From a virus (Duplodnaviria; Caudoviricetes), in the IMG/VR virus record IMGVR_UViG_3300025715_000014, positions 32,001-96,000 of that record: DNA of 64,000 nucleotides. One strand, 5' to 3'. The number at the start of each line of letters is the position of its first letter. Position 1 is the first letter of the stretch. Made by a program: the position numbers and the translations under genes. The notes beneath the pieces are model-generated. The model was not told the origin of the DNA, did no database searches, and saw nothing but the letters and a program-made list of their open reading frames with translations. This document shows positions 38,878 to 49,616 of this stretch, in pieces.

Positions 38878-40498
38878 AATAAATATATCATACACCAATT
38901 TAAAACACTTTTCAGAGAAATTTAAAGGCATAAAAATAGGTGATCAGATAGAGATAAGTCCGGATTATTTACCTGAAACAAGCCATAAAAAAATTTTAAC
39001 GAAATGCGATGTTTGTGGAAATGAAAAAGAATTGCCATATAGAGATTATATCAAAAGTTTGAAAAACGGAAACTATTTTACATGTAATCGTTGTAAGAAC
39101 AACAAAACTAAAAATACTTTAAAAGAAAAGTATGGGAACGAAAATTATTATAATAAAGAAAAATATAAAAAAACATGTTTAGAGAAATATGGAGTCGAAA
39201 ATGTTTTTCAAAATGAAAAAATAAAACAAAAAATTAAAGATAAGAATAAAGAGAAATATGGATTTGAACATTCTTCTAAATCGGACATAGTTAAAGATAA
39301 ATCAAAAGAAACCAACTTAAAAAAATATGGAAAAACACATCATCTAAAAAATAAAGATATATTAAATAAACAATTTAGAACAAATAAAGAGAAATATGGA
39401 TTTGAACATTCATCACAAAATGATGAAGTTAAGGAAAAAATATCAAATGGTGTAAAAAATTTCTATATTAGAAACGCCAATAATTATTATGATAATTTAA
39501 TTGGAATAAGTGGCGACACAATAGAATTATATTGTCCTTTATGTGGAAATAGATTCAAAACTTATAGATATTTTTATCACAACAGGAAGGCAATAAAATC
39601 GGTTCAATGTACATTATGCAATCCAATAAATTCAACAGAGTCATCATACGAAAAGGAATTAAAAACTTTCATATCAACAAATTACAATGATGAAATATTT
39701 TTTAATTATAAAAAAATATCTAATAGTGAATTCGATATTTTTTTACCAAAATTAAAATTGGGATTCGAATTTAATGGTTTATATTGGCACTCAGAAACAT
39801 ATAAAGATAATAATTATCATTTACATAAAACAGAATTAGCTGAAAAATATGGAATAAGATTGATACATGTATATGAGGATAATTGGATATATAAACAGGA
39901 GATAGTGAAGTCCAGAATATTAAATCTATTAAACAAAACACCTAATAAAATTTATGCTAGGAAATGTGAGATAAAAGAAGTATCTAATAATAAATTAGTT
40001 AGAGATTTTCTTGAAAAAAATCATGTCCAAGGTTTTGTTGGTTCTAATATAAAAATAGGGCTTTTTTATTCAGGAGAACTTGTTTCTTTAATGACGTTTG
40101 GAAATTTGAGAAGAACAATGGGACAAAAAAGTGAAAAAGGATATTACGAAATGTTCAGATTTTGCAATAAATTGAACACCGGTGTTATTGGAGGAGCTTC
40201 AAGATTGTTCAAATTTTTTGTTAAAAATTATGATCCGAAAGAAGTGATCAGTTATGCTGACAGATCTTGGAGTCAAGGAGAACTCTATAAAAATCTTGGT
40301 TTTAAACTAGTTGGAAAAACAAAACCAAATTATTATTATTTTAAAAACAAAAAAAGATTGTCTAGATTTAATTTCAGAAAAGATCAATTAGTACGAGAGG
40401 GATTTGATTCAAATAAATCTGAGCATGAAATAATGATTGATAGGGGCATATATAGAATATATGATTCTGGAAATCTAAAATTTATCTGGACATTTTAA
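38855..40498 (+). CDS. Hef-like homing endonuclease, copy 3
   Basis: KYG repeats; FEFNGLYWH; conserved C-domain. Confidence 0.8.
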   Translation: MILTEKIKINISYTNLKHFSEKFKGIKIGDQIEISPDYLPETSHKKILTKCDVCGNEKELPYRDYIKSLKNGNYFTCNRCKNNKTKNTLKEKYGNENYYNKEKYKKTCLEKYGVENVFQNEKIKQKIKDKNKEKYGFEHSSKSDIVKDKSKETNLKKYGKTHHLKNKDILNKQFRTNKEKYGFEHSSQNDEVKEKISNGVKNFYIRNANNYYDNLIGISGDTIELYCPLCGNRFKTYRYFYHNRKAIKSVQCTLCNPINSTESSYEKELKTFISTNYNDEIFFNYKKISNSEFDIFLPKLKLGFEFNGLYWHSETYKDNNYHLHKTELAEKYGIRLIHVYEDNWIYKQEIVKSRILNLLNKTPNKIYARKCEIKEVSNNKLVRDFLEKNHVQGFVGSNIKIGLFYSGELVSLMTFGNLRRTMGQKSEKGYYEMFRFCNKLNTGVIGGASRLFKFFVKNYDPKEVISYADRSWSQGELYKNLGFKLVGKTKPNYYYFKNKKRLSRFNFRKDQLVREGFDSNKSEHEIMIDRGIYRIYDSGNLKFIWTF

Positions 40499-41252
40499 AC
40501 CAAGATGTTGTAGATTGTTCCTTTATATATGTCTTAACTTCATCAACCATTTCTTTACCTTGTGAAATAATATCACTGGCATTGTATGTGAAATTGCCCG
40601 GCAATTGGAAATTGAATCTACCTATTAACTCTCCCATTCTAGAACGACAAGTACCAATCACAAATCTTTTAAACATTTCAAAATCAAATAGTTCTTCCTC
40701 TTGGACTCTAACCCAACATTCTAACACAAGATCTGTTGGTTCAGAACTATTTGAAATGCTACCCAAGAAATGTAATCTTTTGTTTATGTGATTATAACTA
40801 AACATTACTGTATTTTTTGTCAATTTATTGATTTCATCCGCGAAATAACTAATTGTTGAGCGATATAACGCCAAATCTCCAGCTGTTGTGACGAACGATG
40901 TTAAAAAAGGTTGATTTGTAACACCAAGATTTATAGAAAGATGTGGAGCCTGAATACCCAATCTAAACATCGATGAGTCCTCTACTCGAATTATTTTTGT
41001 AATGTTTTCAACTTCCTCTGGTAAAATTAAATATTGAAATCGATTATATAAATCCCTCATTGCCCAGTCATAGACCATATAATAATAAGCTTTCTGGACA
41101 GCGAATTGATAATTTTTATAGAACCATTCCAGTACAATTTCTTTTATCATACGATGAACTTCTTTATCTGGTAAAACCTTTGGTAAAGCACCTGAAAAAG
41201 TTAGATCTTGTTGTACTATATCTATTAATTGTTCAATTGTGATCGATGCCAT
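40482..41252 (-). CDS. neck/head-completion protein (gp13-like)
   Basis: FSYNHINKRLHFLG..GRFNFQLPGNFTYNA..I...G. Confidence 0.72.
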   Translation of the reverse strand: MASITIEQLIDIVQQDLTFSGALPKVLPDKEVHRMIKEIVLEWFYKNYQFAVQKAYYYMVYDWAMRDLYNRFQYLILPEEVENITKIIRVEDSSMFRLGIQAPHLSINLGVTNQPFLTSFVTTAGDLALYRSTISYFADEINKLTKNTVMFSYNHINKRLHFLGSISNSSEPTDLVLECWVRVQEEELFDFEMFKRFVIGTCRSRMGELIGRFNFQLPGNFTYNASDIISQGKEMVDEVKTYIKEQSTTSWFKMSR

Positions 41253-41360
41253 ATAAATTTATATTTTTTTAATCTATATATTAAAATCTTAATCGTTAAA
41301 AATTTTCACTTTTTTAATCATGGGCGCTCGTTATTTTAATATATAATAATTAAAAAACAT

Positions 41361-43172
41361 ATGAACAATTTAAAAAATATAATAAATGAAAAAAAGAATA
41401 ATATAGGAGCGTTATGTATTTATATAAAAAAAAGAGAATATTTAGAAGAACAATTAGAAAAATATTTAATCGATAACAAAATAGAAATAGAATTGACTCT
41501 ATCTCAGAAAATATGGTGTTATGATAATAGTGAAACAAATATTCTTTGTGGCTGTGGTAAAATGAAAAAATGGAAAGATTTTAAATCTGGATGGCGCATT
41601 ACGTGTGGAAACAAAAATTGTATCAACAATAAAAGAAAAGAAACTAATATCAGTGTTTATGGATGCGATAATCCATTAAAGAATGAAAAAATTAGAGAAA
41701 AAGTGGAGCTGACAAACATAAAGAAATATGGGGTGTCAGTGGCATCAAAAAATCAATTTGTTAAAGAAAAAATATCAAAAGTTCTACAAAATAGAGACAA
41801 CATTCATAAAGAAAAAACCAAAAAAAAGAAAATAGAAAGTTGGAAAAATAAAAATGAAGATGATAAGAAAATCATTAGACTAAAAAGAAAAGATAAAATG
41901 GATCGAAAAACATTAGATGAAAAAAAATTGATAGATTCTAAAAGAAAAAAAACTTGTTTAAATAGATATGGTTCTGAATATGCTATAAGCTCAAAAGAGA
42001 TTAGAAATAAAATCGAAAAAATTTTTATGAAAAAATATGGGGGGAAATCCCCCTTTTCCAATGAAGATATTGTAAAGAAATCCATTGATAGTTACAAAAA
42101 CGGACGAATAGAAGAAATTAAAAATAAATTGAATGATTTTAATGTTGAATATGTCTCACATATTAATAAAAACAGTGAGTCGTCAAACATCGAATATGTT
42201 CTAAAATGTAAAAGAACAAACAATTTTTTTAAAATGAGTTACACAAACTTAAGAGTTAGATTAATATCTAAATCAGAAATTTCTCCATTTTTCAGAGAAA
42301 AAAAAGGCACTTCAGATGAAGAAGAAAGATTATTTAATTTTATAAAAGAAATATATGTCGGTGAAATTATAAAAAACACCAAAAATATAATATCGCCCTT
42401 AGAACTAGACATTTATCTCCCAGAACTAAAACTAGCTTTTGAGTTCAACGGTCTTTTTTGGCATAATGAACTCAACAAGTCCAACAACTATCATCTTGAG
42501 AAAACCGAGTTAGCTGAAAAACAAGGAATAAAGCTTGTCCACATCTACGAGGACGACTGGATGTTCAAACAGGAAATTGTCAAATCAAGAATATTAAATT
42601 TGTTAAACAAGACTCCGAACAAGATCTACGCTAGAAAATGTGAGATAAAAGAAGTGTTTGATAATAAACTGGTTAGAGAATTTCTTGAGAACAATCATAT
42701 TCAAGGTTTTGTGGGATCAAAGATCAAAATAGGTCTTTTTTATTCTGGTGAACTAGTTTCCTTGATGACCTTTGGAAGCTTGAGAAGAGCAATGGGACAA
42801 AACTCACACGATGGATCCTATGAAATGCTCAGGTTTTGTAACAAACTGAACACCAATGTTATTGGAGGAGCTTCGAGACTGTTCAAATTCTTTGTTAAAA
42901 ATTTTGAGCCAAAAGAAGTAACTAGTTATGCTGATCGTAGCTGGAGTCAAGGAGATTTATATAAAAATCTTGGTTTTGAACTTATCAGAAAAACCGAGCC
43001 AAATTATTATTATGTTATTGACGGCGTGAGGAGGCACAGGTTTGGTTTTAGAAAAGATCATCTCGTTAAAGAAGGATTTGATCCTTTAAAGACCGAACAC
43101 GAAATAATGCTCGATAGAAAAATTTATAGAATTTATGACTCAGGGAATTTAAAGTTTATAAAAAATTTATAA
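41361..43172 (+). CDS. Hef-like homing endonuclease, copy 4
   Basis: CGCG..TCG N-domain, KYG repeats, FEFNGLFWH, conserved C-domain. Confidence 0.8.
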   Translation: MNNLKNIINEKKNNIGALCIYIKKREYLEEQLEKYLIDNKIEIELTLSQKIWCYDNSETNILCGCGKMKKWKDFKSGWRITCGNKNCINNKRKETNISVYGCDNPLKNEKIREKVELTNIKKYGVSVASKNQFVKEKISKVLQNRDNIHKEKTKKKKIESWKNKNEDDKKIIRLKRKDKMDRKTLDEKKLIDSKRKKTCLNRYGSEYAISSKEIRNKIEKIFMKKYGGKSPFSNEDIVKKSIDSYKNGRIEEIKNKLNDFNVEYVSHINKNSESSNIEYVLKCKRTNNFFKMSYTNLRVRLISKSEISPFFREKKGTSDEEERLFNFIKEIYVGEIIKNTKNIISPLELDIYLPELKLAFEFNGLFWHNELNKSNNYHLEKTELAEKQGIKLVHIYEDDWMFKQEIVKSRILNLLNKTPNKIYARKCEIKEVFDNKLVREFLENNHIQGFVGSKIKIGLFYSGELVSLMTFGSLRRAMGQNSHDGSYEMLRFCNKLNTNVIGGASRLFKFFVKNFEPKEVTSYADRSWSQGDLYKNLGFELIRKTEPNYYYVIDGVRRHRFGFRKDHLVKEGFDPLKTEHEIMLDRKIYRIYDSGNLKFIKNL

Positions 43173-44894
43173 AGTTTTAAAAATAACGGCATCTTCGAAT
43201 ATCCAATAGTAAATAACTCCTCTATCAAATCCGTGTTTTTTTGTCAATTCCTTGGATTCTGAAGCTCTTACCATTTTACTCAAACTGAAAATTTTACTTT
43301 CCACTTTACCAATACTTCTGAAAACTGGTTTTCCTTCAGCTATTTTTGATTCTAGAAAATCAAAATATTGATCGACCAATTCTATTTGTTTTAAAGTTCT
43401 TTCATAAAACAATTTTTTAACTTTTGATAGATTTTCATCTTTAAGCTTATCTTCATATTCATTTATTTTGGAATCTATATCCTCGCGAGACACAACTTTT
43501 TCTATTTCAAAAAATTCTGTATATTTCTTTTTTAATAAATCTTCTGTTTTTAAGGATGGTGTTCTACCGAACCCACCAAGTAGATCATCGGTTTCTTCCT
43601 CCTCTTCTTCTTCTGTCGTTGTTGGTCTTATCCCTAAATCGAATTTTTGAAAATATTTCGAATGTTTAACAACCATCGATCTTTTCGCATATCTAACTGA
43701 AATGTCACCATCGCCCCACAATCTAACGACCTCACCAATTTTTTTATCTGGATCATTTATATCAAAAACCTTATCCCCTTCTTTTATTCCGTTATTCATG
43801 TCATCTTTCTTAGGAGGAACCACTTCTTCACTTTTTCCAATAACATCGATAATATATTTAGGCCAAACATATATGGTCAACGAACTTAAATTTTTTGACT
43901 CATCTTCATCAAAATGAATAAGATACGATACTGGTTTACCGACGGCATCAAAGTTTATTTTTCTAACTTCACCAATTCTATTAATCACTTGAATTTCAGA
44001 TGTGTCATCATTAACCAACACCTTAGAACCTATACCAATTTTCTTCTTTTTATCACCACCTGATTCAACTTTATTCGTTTTACTGACATCTTGAATAATA
44101 GGTGTAGAACCGTCATATAGTTTCAATTCCGAAATAGGTATATCGAAAAATCTTACCCCTGTTGCACTTAAGATATCACAAGAAGGTTCCAAAAATTCAT
44201 AACCATTATTGCTTCTAACGTGATGCATCTTAACGATTTCAAAAACTTCCCCACCATATAATACTTTACATTTAACATCAAAAGGATATTTTAACATGAT
44301 GTTACCATCTACACTATAATCAACACCAATATCACTCTTAACTCCATATATAACACCCCCTTTAGGCACTTCTGTGACGAAACCTTTAACATACTTACCA
44401 TTGAAATAAAAATATACTACATCACCTACTTTGTGTTTGAGATTTTTGTTTTCTTCTGGAATTATTTTATTTGTATCTGGTTCTTCATCGATGGGTTTTA
44501 ATTCTGAAAATCTAGCATTTATGATCATTTTGCTGTCTAAGGATTCTATCGTACAAGAAGGTTCTTCAAAAGTATGTCCATAATTGACAAATTTAATATT
44601 AAAAATTTTACCGTTTTGTTTTCTAATAAAAGCATCTAATCTTTTACTGGAATCAAGAAAAACTTTATCTCCTTTTTTTAAAGGATATTGAACCAAAAGA
44701 TTTTCATTAAAATAATCTATTCTGTTGTCAGTAGTTCTAACACTATAATGATCCCCTCTATAAAAAGGAATTTTAGTTACGACACCTTTTTTGTACTCGC
44801 GATTTATCATAAAATATACAACATCTCCAACGGCGAATCTATTCAATGTTATACCACCAAAGGATTCATTTAAATAGTCTTTAAATTTTAACAT
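43167..44894 (-). CDS. multi-KOW/SH3-like repeat protein with head leader
   Basis: MLKFKDYLNES; repeats FAVGDVV, KKGDKV, KVGDVV, GIGSKV, KEGDKV. Confidence 0.65.
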   Translation of the reverse strand: MLKFKDYLNESFGGITLNRFAVGDVVYFMINREYKKGVVTKIPFYRGDHYSVRTTDNRIDYFNENLLVQYPLKKGDKVFLDSSKRLDAFIRKQNGKIFNIKFVNYGHTFEEPSCTIESLDSKMIINARFSELKPIDEEPDTNKIIPEENKNLKHKVGDVVYFYFNGKYVKGFVTEVPKGGVIYGVKSDIGVDYSVDGNIMLKYPFDVKCKVLYGGEVFEIVKMHHVRSNNGYEFLEPSCDILSATGVRFFDIPISELKLYDGSTPIIQDVSKTNKVESGGDKKKKIGIGSKVLVNDDTSEIQVINRIGEVRKINFDAVGKPVSYLIHFDEDESKNLSSLTIYVWPKYIIDVIGKSEEVVPPKKDDMNNGIKEGDKVFDINDPDKKIGEVVRLWGDGDISVRYAKRSMVVKHSKYFQKFDLGIRPTTTEEEEEEETDDLLGGFGRTPSLKTEDLLKKKYTEFFEIEKVVSREDIDSKINEYEDKLKDENLSKVKKLFYERTLKQIELVDQYFDFLESKIAEGKPVFRSIGKVESKIFSLSKMVRASESKELTKKHGFDRGVIYYWIFEDAVIFKTL

Positions 44895-44930
44895 TCAGCA
44901 AAATTATATTTTTTTTTATATATAAAATTT

Positions 44931-46382
44931 TCATTTTCTAATTTTTCTTATATCATCCATCATCATCAATCTTTTATTCATCACAGGCTCTTCAGGTTTT
45001 TTCTCATCGGGCTCATTAGCATTCCAAATTAATTTTGGATCCCAATCAATTCCTGTTATATCTGAAATTATTTTATTTTTCATCAAATCCATTATTTTTA
45101 TACCTAAAAATGGTTTTCTTTGACATTTACCTAAAATATTTGTCAAATTACCTATTCCCTTGTGTCCGCCAGCTCTAGCTTTTTCAAAATGATATCCGAA
45201 ATCATATCTAAGTACTCTATCTAATAAATATTTTGTATATTCATTTAAGTCATCAATAACTTTACCATTATCCATTTTCGGTAAATTGGTTTCATTTTCA
45301 ATTCCTTTATAATCACATATTTGTAAAGACGATGAATAATCCAAAAGAATAAATTGTATATCATTATCCTTATCTTTAAGAGTTCTTTTAACTAATGCTC
45401 TGGCCCTAAGAGCATTGGCCATTGAACCAGATGGAAAATAAACTAAATTTCTCAAAATCACAAATCCTTCAAATTTAAATTTATTTTCCGCTGCACTCCA
45501 ATATTTTTCAACGAATTCGTTCATGCTATTTACGGACATTTTATTATCATCTTTCCCAACAGATCTACTTATCATGGTGCCGATTCTGGCTCTGGAATCT
45601 GGTAAAAATTCGGGTATTTCTTTTATTTCTTCAGCATAAACTATAGGATTTTCTCCCCTTATTAATTCTCTTCTTATCGCTTCTTTATCCGACCCCCGTT
45701 TAACGTTAATATTATTTAGAGGATAAAACAGTTTAAATAGATTATAAATGTTTAAAATCGATGTTGTTCCATTATGTATAACTTCTATTAATGTTTTATA
45801 ATCACTTCTTTTTATTAGCTGGTTAAAGGCTGCCGCCATAAACAATCTAGGATTTTCTTTTTTAACAACATCCTTTAGATCGAAATTTAAAATATATTCA
45901 ATGTCAACTCCATAATCAGAATACTTCGCAGCATCGATCATTGATATAACGGAAAGAGCCGTCTTATCTGTTGGTATACCAAGTAAATGACATATTAAAC
46001 CATAACAAGAATCACTTTTAACTTTAAAGGAAATTTCGCTTTTCTTTACAAATTCATCATCCAAATGGTGATCAATATATATGTCCAAGTCTTTATTGTC
46101 TTCGGCGAAATCAAGACAAATATTAATATAAGTTTTGTCTATCTCAAATAATTTCCAACCATCTGTGTAATTTATTATTCCATATCCTGCTACGGTGAAA
46201 CCATGATTCTTTAAATATTCTTTCATGACTATCGCCGAGTAGATACCATCCAGATCATCATGTGTGTAAATTATACATTCTTTTCCTCTTTTTCCTTTAT
46301 CTATCCAATAGTTCTTGTCTGTTGGCATTTTTATTTGACGCTCTTCTTCATTTAATATGAAATCCACAAATTTGATTTTCAT
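44931..46382 (-). CDS. DHH-family phosphoesterase
   Basis: YTHDDLDG, LDFA, IDHH, AGGHKGI. Confidence 0.8.
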   Translation of the reverse strand: MKIKFVDFILNEEERQIKMPTDKNYWIDKGKRGKECIIYTHDDLDGIYSAIVMKEYLKNHGFTVAGYGIINYTDGWKLFEIDKTYINICLDFAEDNKDLDIYIDHHLDDEFVKKSEISFKVKSDSCYGLICHLLGIPTDKTALSVISMIDAAKYSDYGVDIEYILNFDLKDVVKKENPRLFMAAAFNQLIKRSDYKTLIEVIHNGTTSILNIYNLFKLFYPLNNINVKRGSDKEAIRRELIRGENPIVYAEEIKEIPEFLPDSRARIGTMISRSVGKDDNKMSVNSMNEFVEKYWSAAENKFKFEGFVILRNLVYFPSGSMANALRARALVKRTLKDKDNDIQFILLDYSSSLQICDYKGIENETNLPKMDNGKVIDDLNEYTKYLLDRVLRYDFGYHFEKARAGGHKGIGNLTNILGKCQRKPFLGIKIMDLMKNKIISDITGIDWDPKLIWNANEPDEKKPEEPVMNKRLMMMDDIRKIRK

Positions 46383-46566
46383 TTAGTTTGATTTTTTTAT
46401 TGATTATATATATTAAATATTTTTTACATATTTTAATTTTTATAAAATTATAATTTATTGGTTTTCATCATTTTAAATAAAAACATGCAACATGATCATA
46501 TATATATTTACTTTTATATTTTTTTTAACGCACTCTTTATATATATATATGTTAAAAAATATCATT

Positions 46567-46662
46567 ATGAAGAAACAAACTAAAAAGCAACAGAAAAAGA
46601 GCAATAAGAATAAAGAAAGAATAAAGAATCTGAAAGCAGCTCATCCCAATAAACAAAAATAA
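46567..46662 (+). CDS. very basic 31-aa peptide (not in ORF track)
   Basis: MKKQTKKQQKKSNKNKERIKNLKAAHPNKQK downstream of a (TA)n box. Confidence 0.4.
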   Translation: MKKQTKKQQKKSNKNKERIKNLKAAHPNKQK

Positions 46663-46734
46663 TAATTTTGTCAATTTTTATATTAAACAAACTTTCTTTT
46701 TTATCATAAAAAGAAGAAATCTTATTTTCGAATT

Positions 46735-47514
46735 ATGACTAAACAAGATAATAGTTTGCACATCAAATTAACATCAGATAATTTATCTATTTTTTTATCC
46801 AAAGTGAAAGATTTGGTAAAAATCGATCCAAGATTGGTGTTAAAAATTGATAAGGATAATATTTTGATGTTTTCATTTGTTGGTGACACTTTTAAGAATA
46901 TACATGCATTCAAAAATTATATTTTTAAAACTGATGAATTGTTTGATATTAAAGAGAAAGATGAATCTAATGATTATTCTTTAATTTTCATCATAAAAGA
47001 TGGCAAACGTTTTAATCGAACTCTTGAAAATTTTATAGATTATGGTGAAAATATAAATTGTAAAATTGTTTATAATGAAGAATCATATGTTAATTTTATG
47101 ACATTCGATAACAAAAAATTAAATATAAAAATAATAGGTGGAGATCCTATTTCGATTGGCAAAGAAATAAGCATAGATGATATAAATTATTTAATGGACA
47201 CAGACAATTCATTTTTCAATTTCAATATATCAAAAAATGATTTTGAAAAGATTAAAAAGATGTCTATGATTGACAAACAATTAAAAGATGTGTTGAATAT
47301 TCATGTAAAAGATAAAAAAGTGTATGTCGCTGAAACAAAATGGCATTTAAATGTTTTTGATAAAATAGAATACGAAAATGTCACAATAACATTTCCAAAG
47401 GATTATTTTATTAGCATGAACCCATCGAGCGATATACAAACATTTGTTTTTGAAGGATTTGTGTTATTCAAATATGATGATTATAATTTAATGGTGGTAT
47501 TAGAAACAAATTAA
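46735..47514 (+). CDS. putative DNA sliding clamp (gp45-like)
   Basis: 259 aa; FNFNISKNDFEKIKKMS pattern typical of the clamp domain junction; T4-like context. Confidence 0.5.
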   Translation: MTKQDNSLHIKLTSDNLSIFLSKVKDLVKIDPRLVLKIDKDNILMFSFVGDTFKNIHAFKNYIFKTDELFDIKEKDESNDYSLIFIIKDGKRFNRTLENFIDYGENINCKIVYNEESYVNFMTFDNKKLNIKIIGGDPISIGKEISIDDINYLMDTDNSFFNFNISKNDFEKIKKMSMIDKQLKDVLNIHVKDKKVYVAETKWHLNVFDKIEYENVTITFPKDYFISMNPSSDIQTFVFEGFVLFKYDDYNLMVVLETN

Positions 47515-47577
47515 CAAAATTAACAATTTTGTCAAAAAAGTAGTTTTTATTGAAACGAAAGAAACACAATTTGTAAA

Positions 47578-48066
47578 ATGAAAATATTTATTAGAGGAAA
47601 AAGTTACAACATAGACGAAGATGAGTCTTATGAAAAATGGAAAATGATATTGGATACTATAGGATTTTATAATGAAGAAGTTAAGAAATTTGCTTCTTTA
47701 TATTGTGAAATACATAATATAAAACAGAAAGAAAATCTAATAAATCCGAAAAATTTATTGGCTATAAATTTGATGGTATTATCTAAAATTGATATTGATG
47801 ATGATAAGACTATACAATATTCCGAAGATGAAAGTATAATCAAAGATTATATCAATCCTATTATTATTGAATCAGATGAAAACGATTTTAGTTCATCATC
47901 AAATGATGTTTTGGATATGGTAACTGATTCTATATCAGATGTAATAAATAATAGAATGAATTTTTATTCCAATCTTTATGTAGAAGATATTATATCAGAT
48001 ATAGAAACTACTGTAGTAGATAAAACTCTAAATATAAGAGTGTTCTCTAAATTTGGAACAGATTAA
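47578..48066 (+). CDS. hypothetical protein
   Basis: 162-aa ORF. Confidence 0.6.
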   Translation: MKIFIRGKSYNIDEDESYEKWKMILDTIGFYNEEVKKFASLYCEIHNIKQKENLINPKNLLAINLMVLSKIDIDDDKTIQYSEDESIIKDYINPIIIESDENDFSSSSNDVLDMVTDSISDVINNRMNFYSNLYVEDIISDIETTVVDKTLNIRVFSKFGTD

Positions 48067-48561
48067 AATAATGTGGTCTAAAAGTCCCCGTTTATCATCT
48101 ATATAATCATTGATATCATCTTCTATATCATCAATTTCTTCGCCGTATTCTACAGCATCTTTGATTAAGGATTCTACATAAGATAAATCTTTCATGGCTT
48201 TTTGTAATAAATTCATCACATCAATAGTTCTTTCCCACACATCATAATATTCTATTTCCAAAAAGTTTTCCTTGTCTTTTCTTATATCATAGTTACCTTT
48301 GACATCAATTCCGTTTATTTTTTTAATAGTTTGAGATATATTAATCGTTCGATCAGGACTTGAAAAAGTTCCACCCCCGGAAGCTTGTAATATTGTTCCT
48401 TTTTTTATAAATAATTTTCCTCCTCCATCAGATAATAATATATTTAAATCTTTTTTAGCTATGTACAGATTGTGATATCCTTTTGATAAATTCACTGTGA
48501 CCTGTTCTTTTAAAATTTTATTTCCACTGCCGTAATTGTCAAATTTTTTTAATGTTTTCAT
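48028..48561 (-). CDS. putative internal head protein
   Basis: Probable start MKTLKKFDNY..ILKEQ. Confidence 0.6.
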   Translation of the reverse strand: MKTLKKFDNYGSGNKILKEQVTVNLSKGYHNLYIAKKDLNILLSDGGGKLFIKKGTILQASGGGTFSSPDRTINISQTIKKINGIDVKGNYDIRKDKENFLEIEYYDVWERTIDVMNLLQKAMKDLSYVESLIKDAVEYGEEIDDIEDDINDYIDDKRGLLDHIILICSKFREHSYI

Positions 48562-48699
48562 ATCCTTTAAAATTATTTTTATATGTATTGATATTTTTTT
48601 CATTTTTTTTATAGTAAATAAAAAAAAACTATTTTTAAATTTTGATATATAACAAAAAAATTCCGTTTCGGAATTCAAAAAATAAAGACAATAAAAAAG

Positions 48700-48855
48700 A
48701 TGAAAAAAATCGTGAAGATCATGGCAGTTTTATCAATTATTTTTATGGCTTTTGCTTGCACGCCTAAATCTGAAGTTAAAGATAATGTAAATCAGAATGA
48801 TACAACTTTAGTGGCGGACTCAGCAGCAGTGGCTGATACAGTTGTGACAGAATAA
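48700..48855 (+). CDS. small lipoprotein, 51 aa (not in ORF track)
   Basis: MKKIVKIMAVLSIIFMAFA-CTPK..DTTLVADSAAVADTV; a hairpin terminator follows at ~48882-48915. Confidence 0.7.
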   Translation: MKKIVKIMAVLSIIFMAFACTPKSEVKDNVNQNDTTLVADSAAVADTVVTE

Positions 48856-48978
48856 TTGAAAATCGCTAATGAAATGTGATGGGGAATTGGAATATTTTTC
48901 AATTCCTTTTTTTTTTTGCTAAAAATAAATATAACTTCGTGTTTAATACATGATATAAATAAAAAATAATATATAAAT

Positions 48979-49191
48979 ATGAAAACTCTTAGAAAAAATG
49001 ATGATTTTAAAAAAATGCCAGATAAGAATTGGTTAGATCATAAAAATATCGAAAAGATGATTGGTAGTGGCTGGAAATATGTTAGTAGAAAAGAATGGAA
49101 AGAATTCAGAGGCGATGTTTTGGTTAAAGAAATAGAAAAGGATGATAAAGAAAAGAATAACAAAAATAAAAAAATGAAAAAGGAGAAATAA
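48979..49191 (+). CDS. small basic hypothetical protein
   Basis: 70 aa; GWKYVSRKEWK. Confidence 0.6.
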   Translation: MKTLRKNDDFKKMPDKNWLDHKNIEKMIGSGWKYVSRKEWKEFRGDVLVKEIEKDDKEKNNKNKKMKKEK

Positions 49192-49193
49192 AA

Positions 49194-49616
49194 ATGTTTG
49201 AAATAATTATTAAAGGAGTTGCTGGTGAATGTAACATAGATAGAAGAAAACTAGGTGATCGAGTATCTGAAATAGATTGTCAAGATTGTTTTTCTGAATA
49301 TTTTCATGAAGAATTTAGATTTGGTGGTCAAACAACTCGTAATCAACAAGATCTAATAAACAAAGGTGTAAAAGGTGGATATATGAGATTTTCTTATGAA
49401 AAGAATAATATCTATGTTATTGTTGAGTATGAATCGAGAGAAAAACTAACTGATGAAGAATTGGATATATTGAAAAGGTATACACAAGGTCAGTTATCAG
49501 ATGGTATAGGAGAAGGATTTGAACAATGCCCATGCTTATATATAGATGGAGAAGAAGTATATTTATCACCTTGGTATAACGGTCAAAAATTAAGTGTTAT
49601 TCAAAAAGAAATATGA
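49194..49616 (+). CDS. hypothetical protein
   Basis: GQLSDGIGEGFEQ motif. Confidence 0.65.
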   Translation: MFEIIIKGVAGECNIDRRKLGDRVSEIDCQDCFSEYFHEEFRFGGQTTRNQQDLINKGVKGGYMRFSYEKNNIYVIVEYESREKLTDEELDILKRYTQGQLSDGIGEGFEQCPCLYIDGEEVYLSPWYNGQKLSVIQKEI

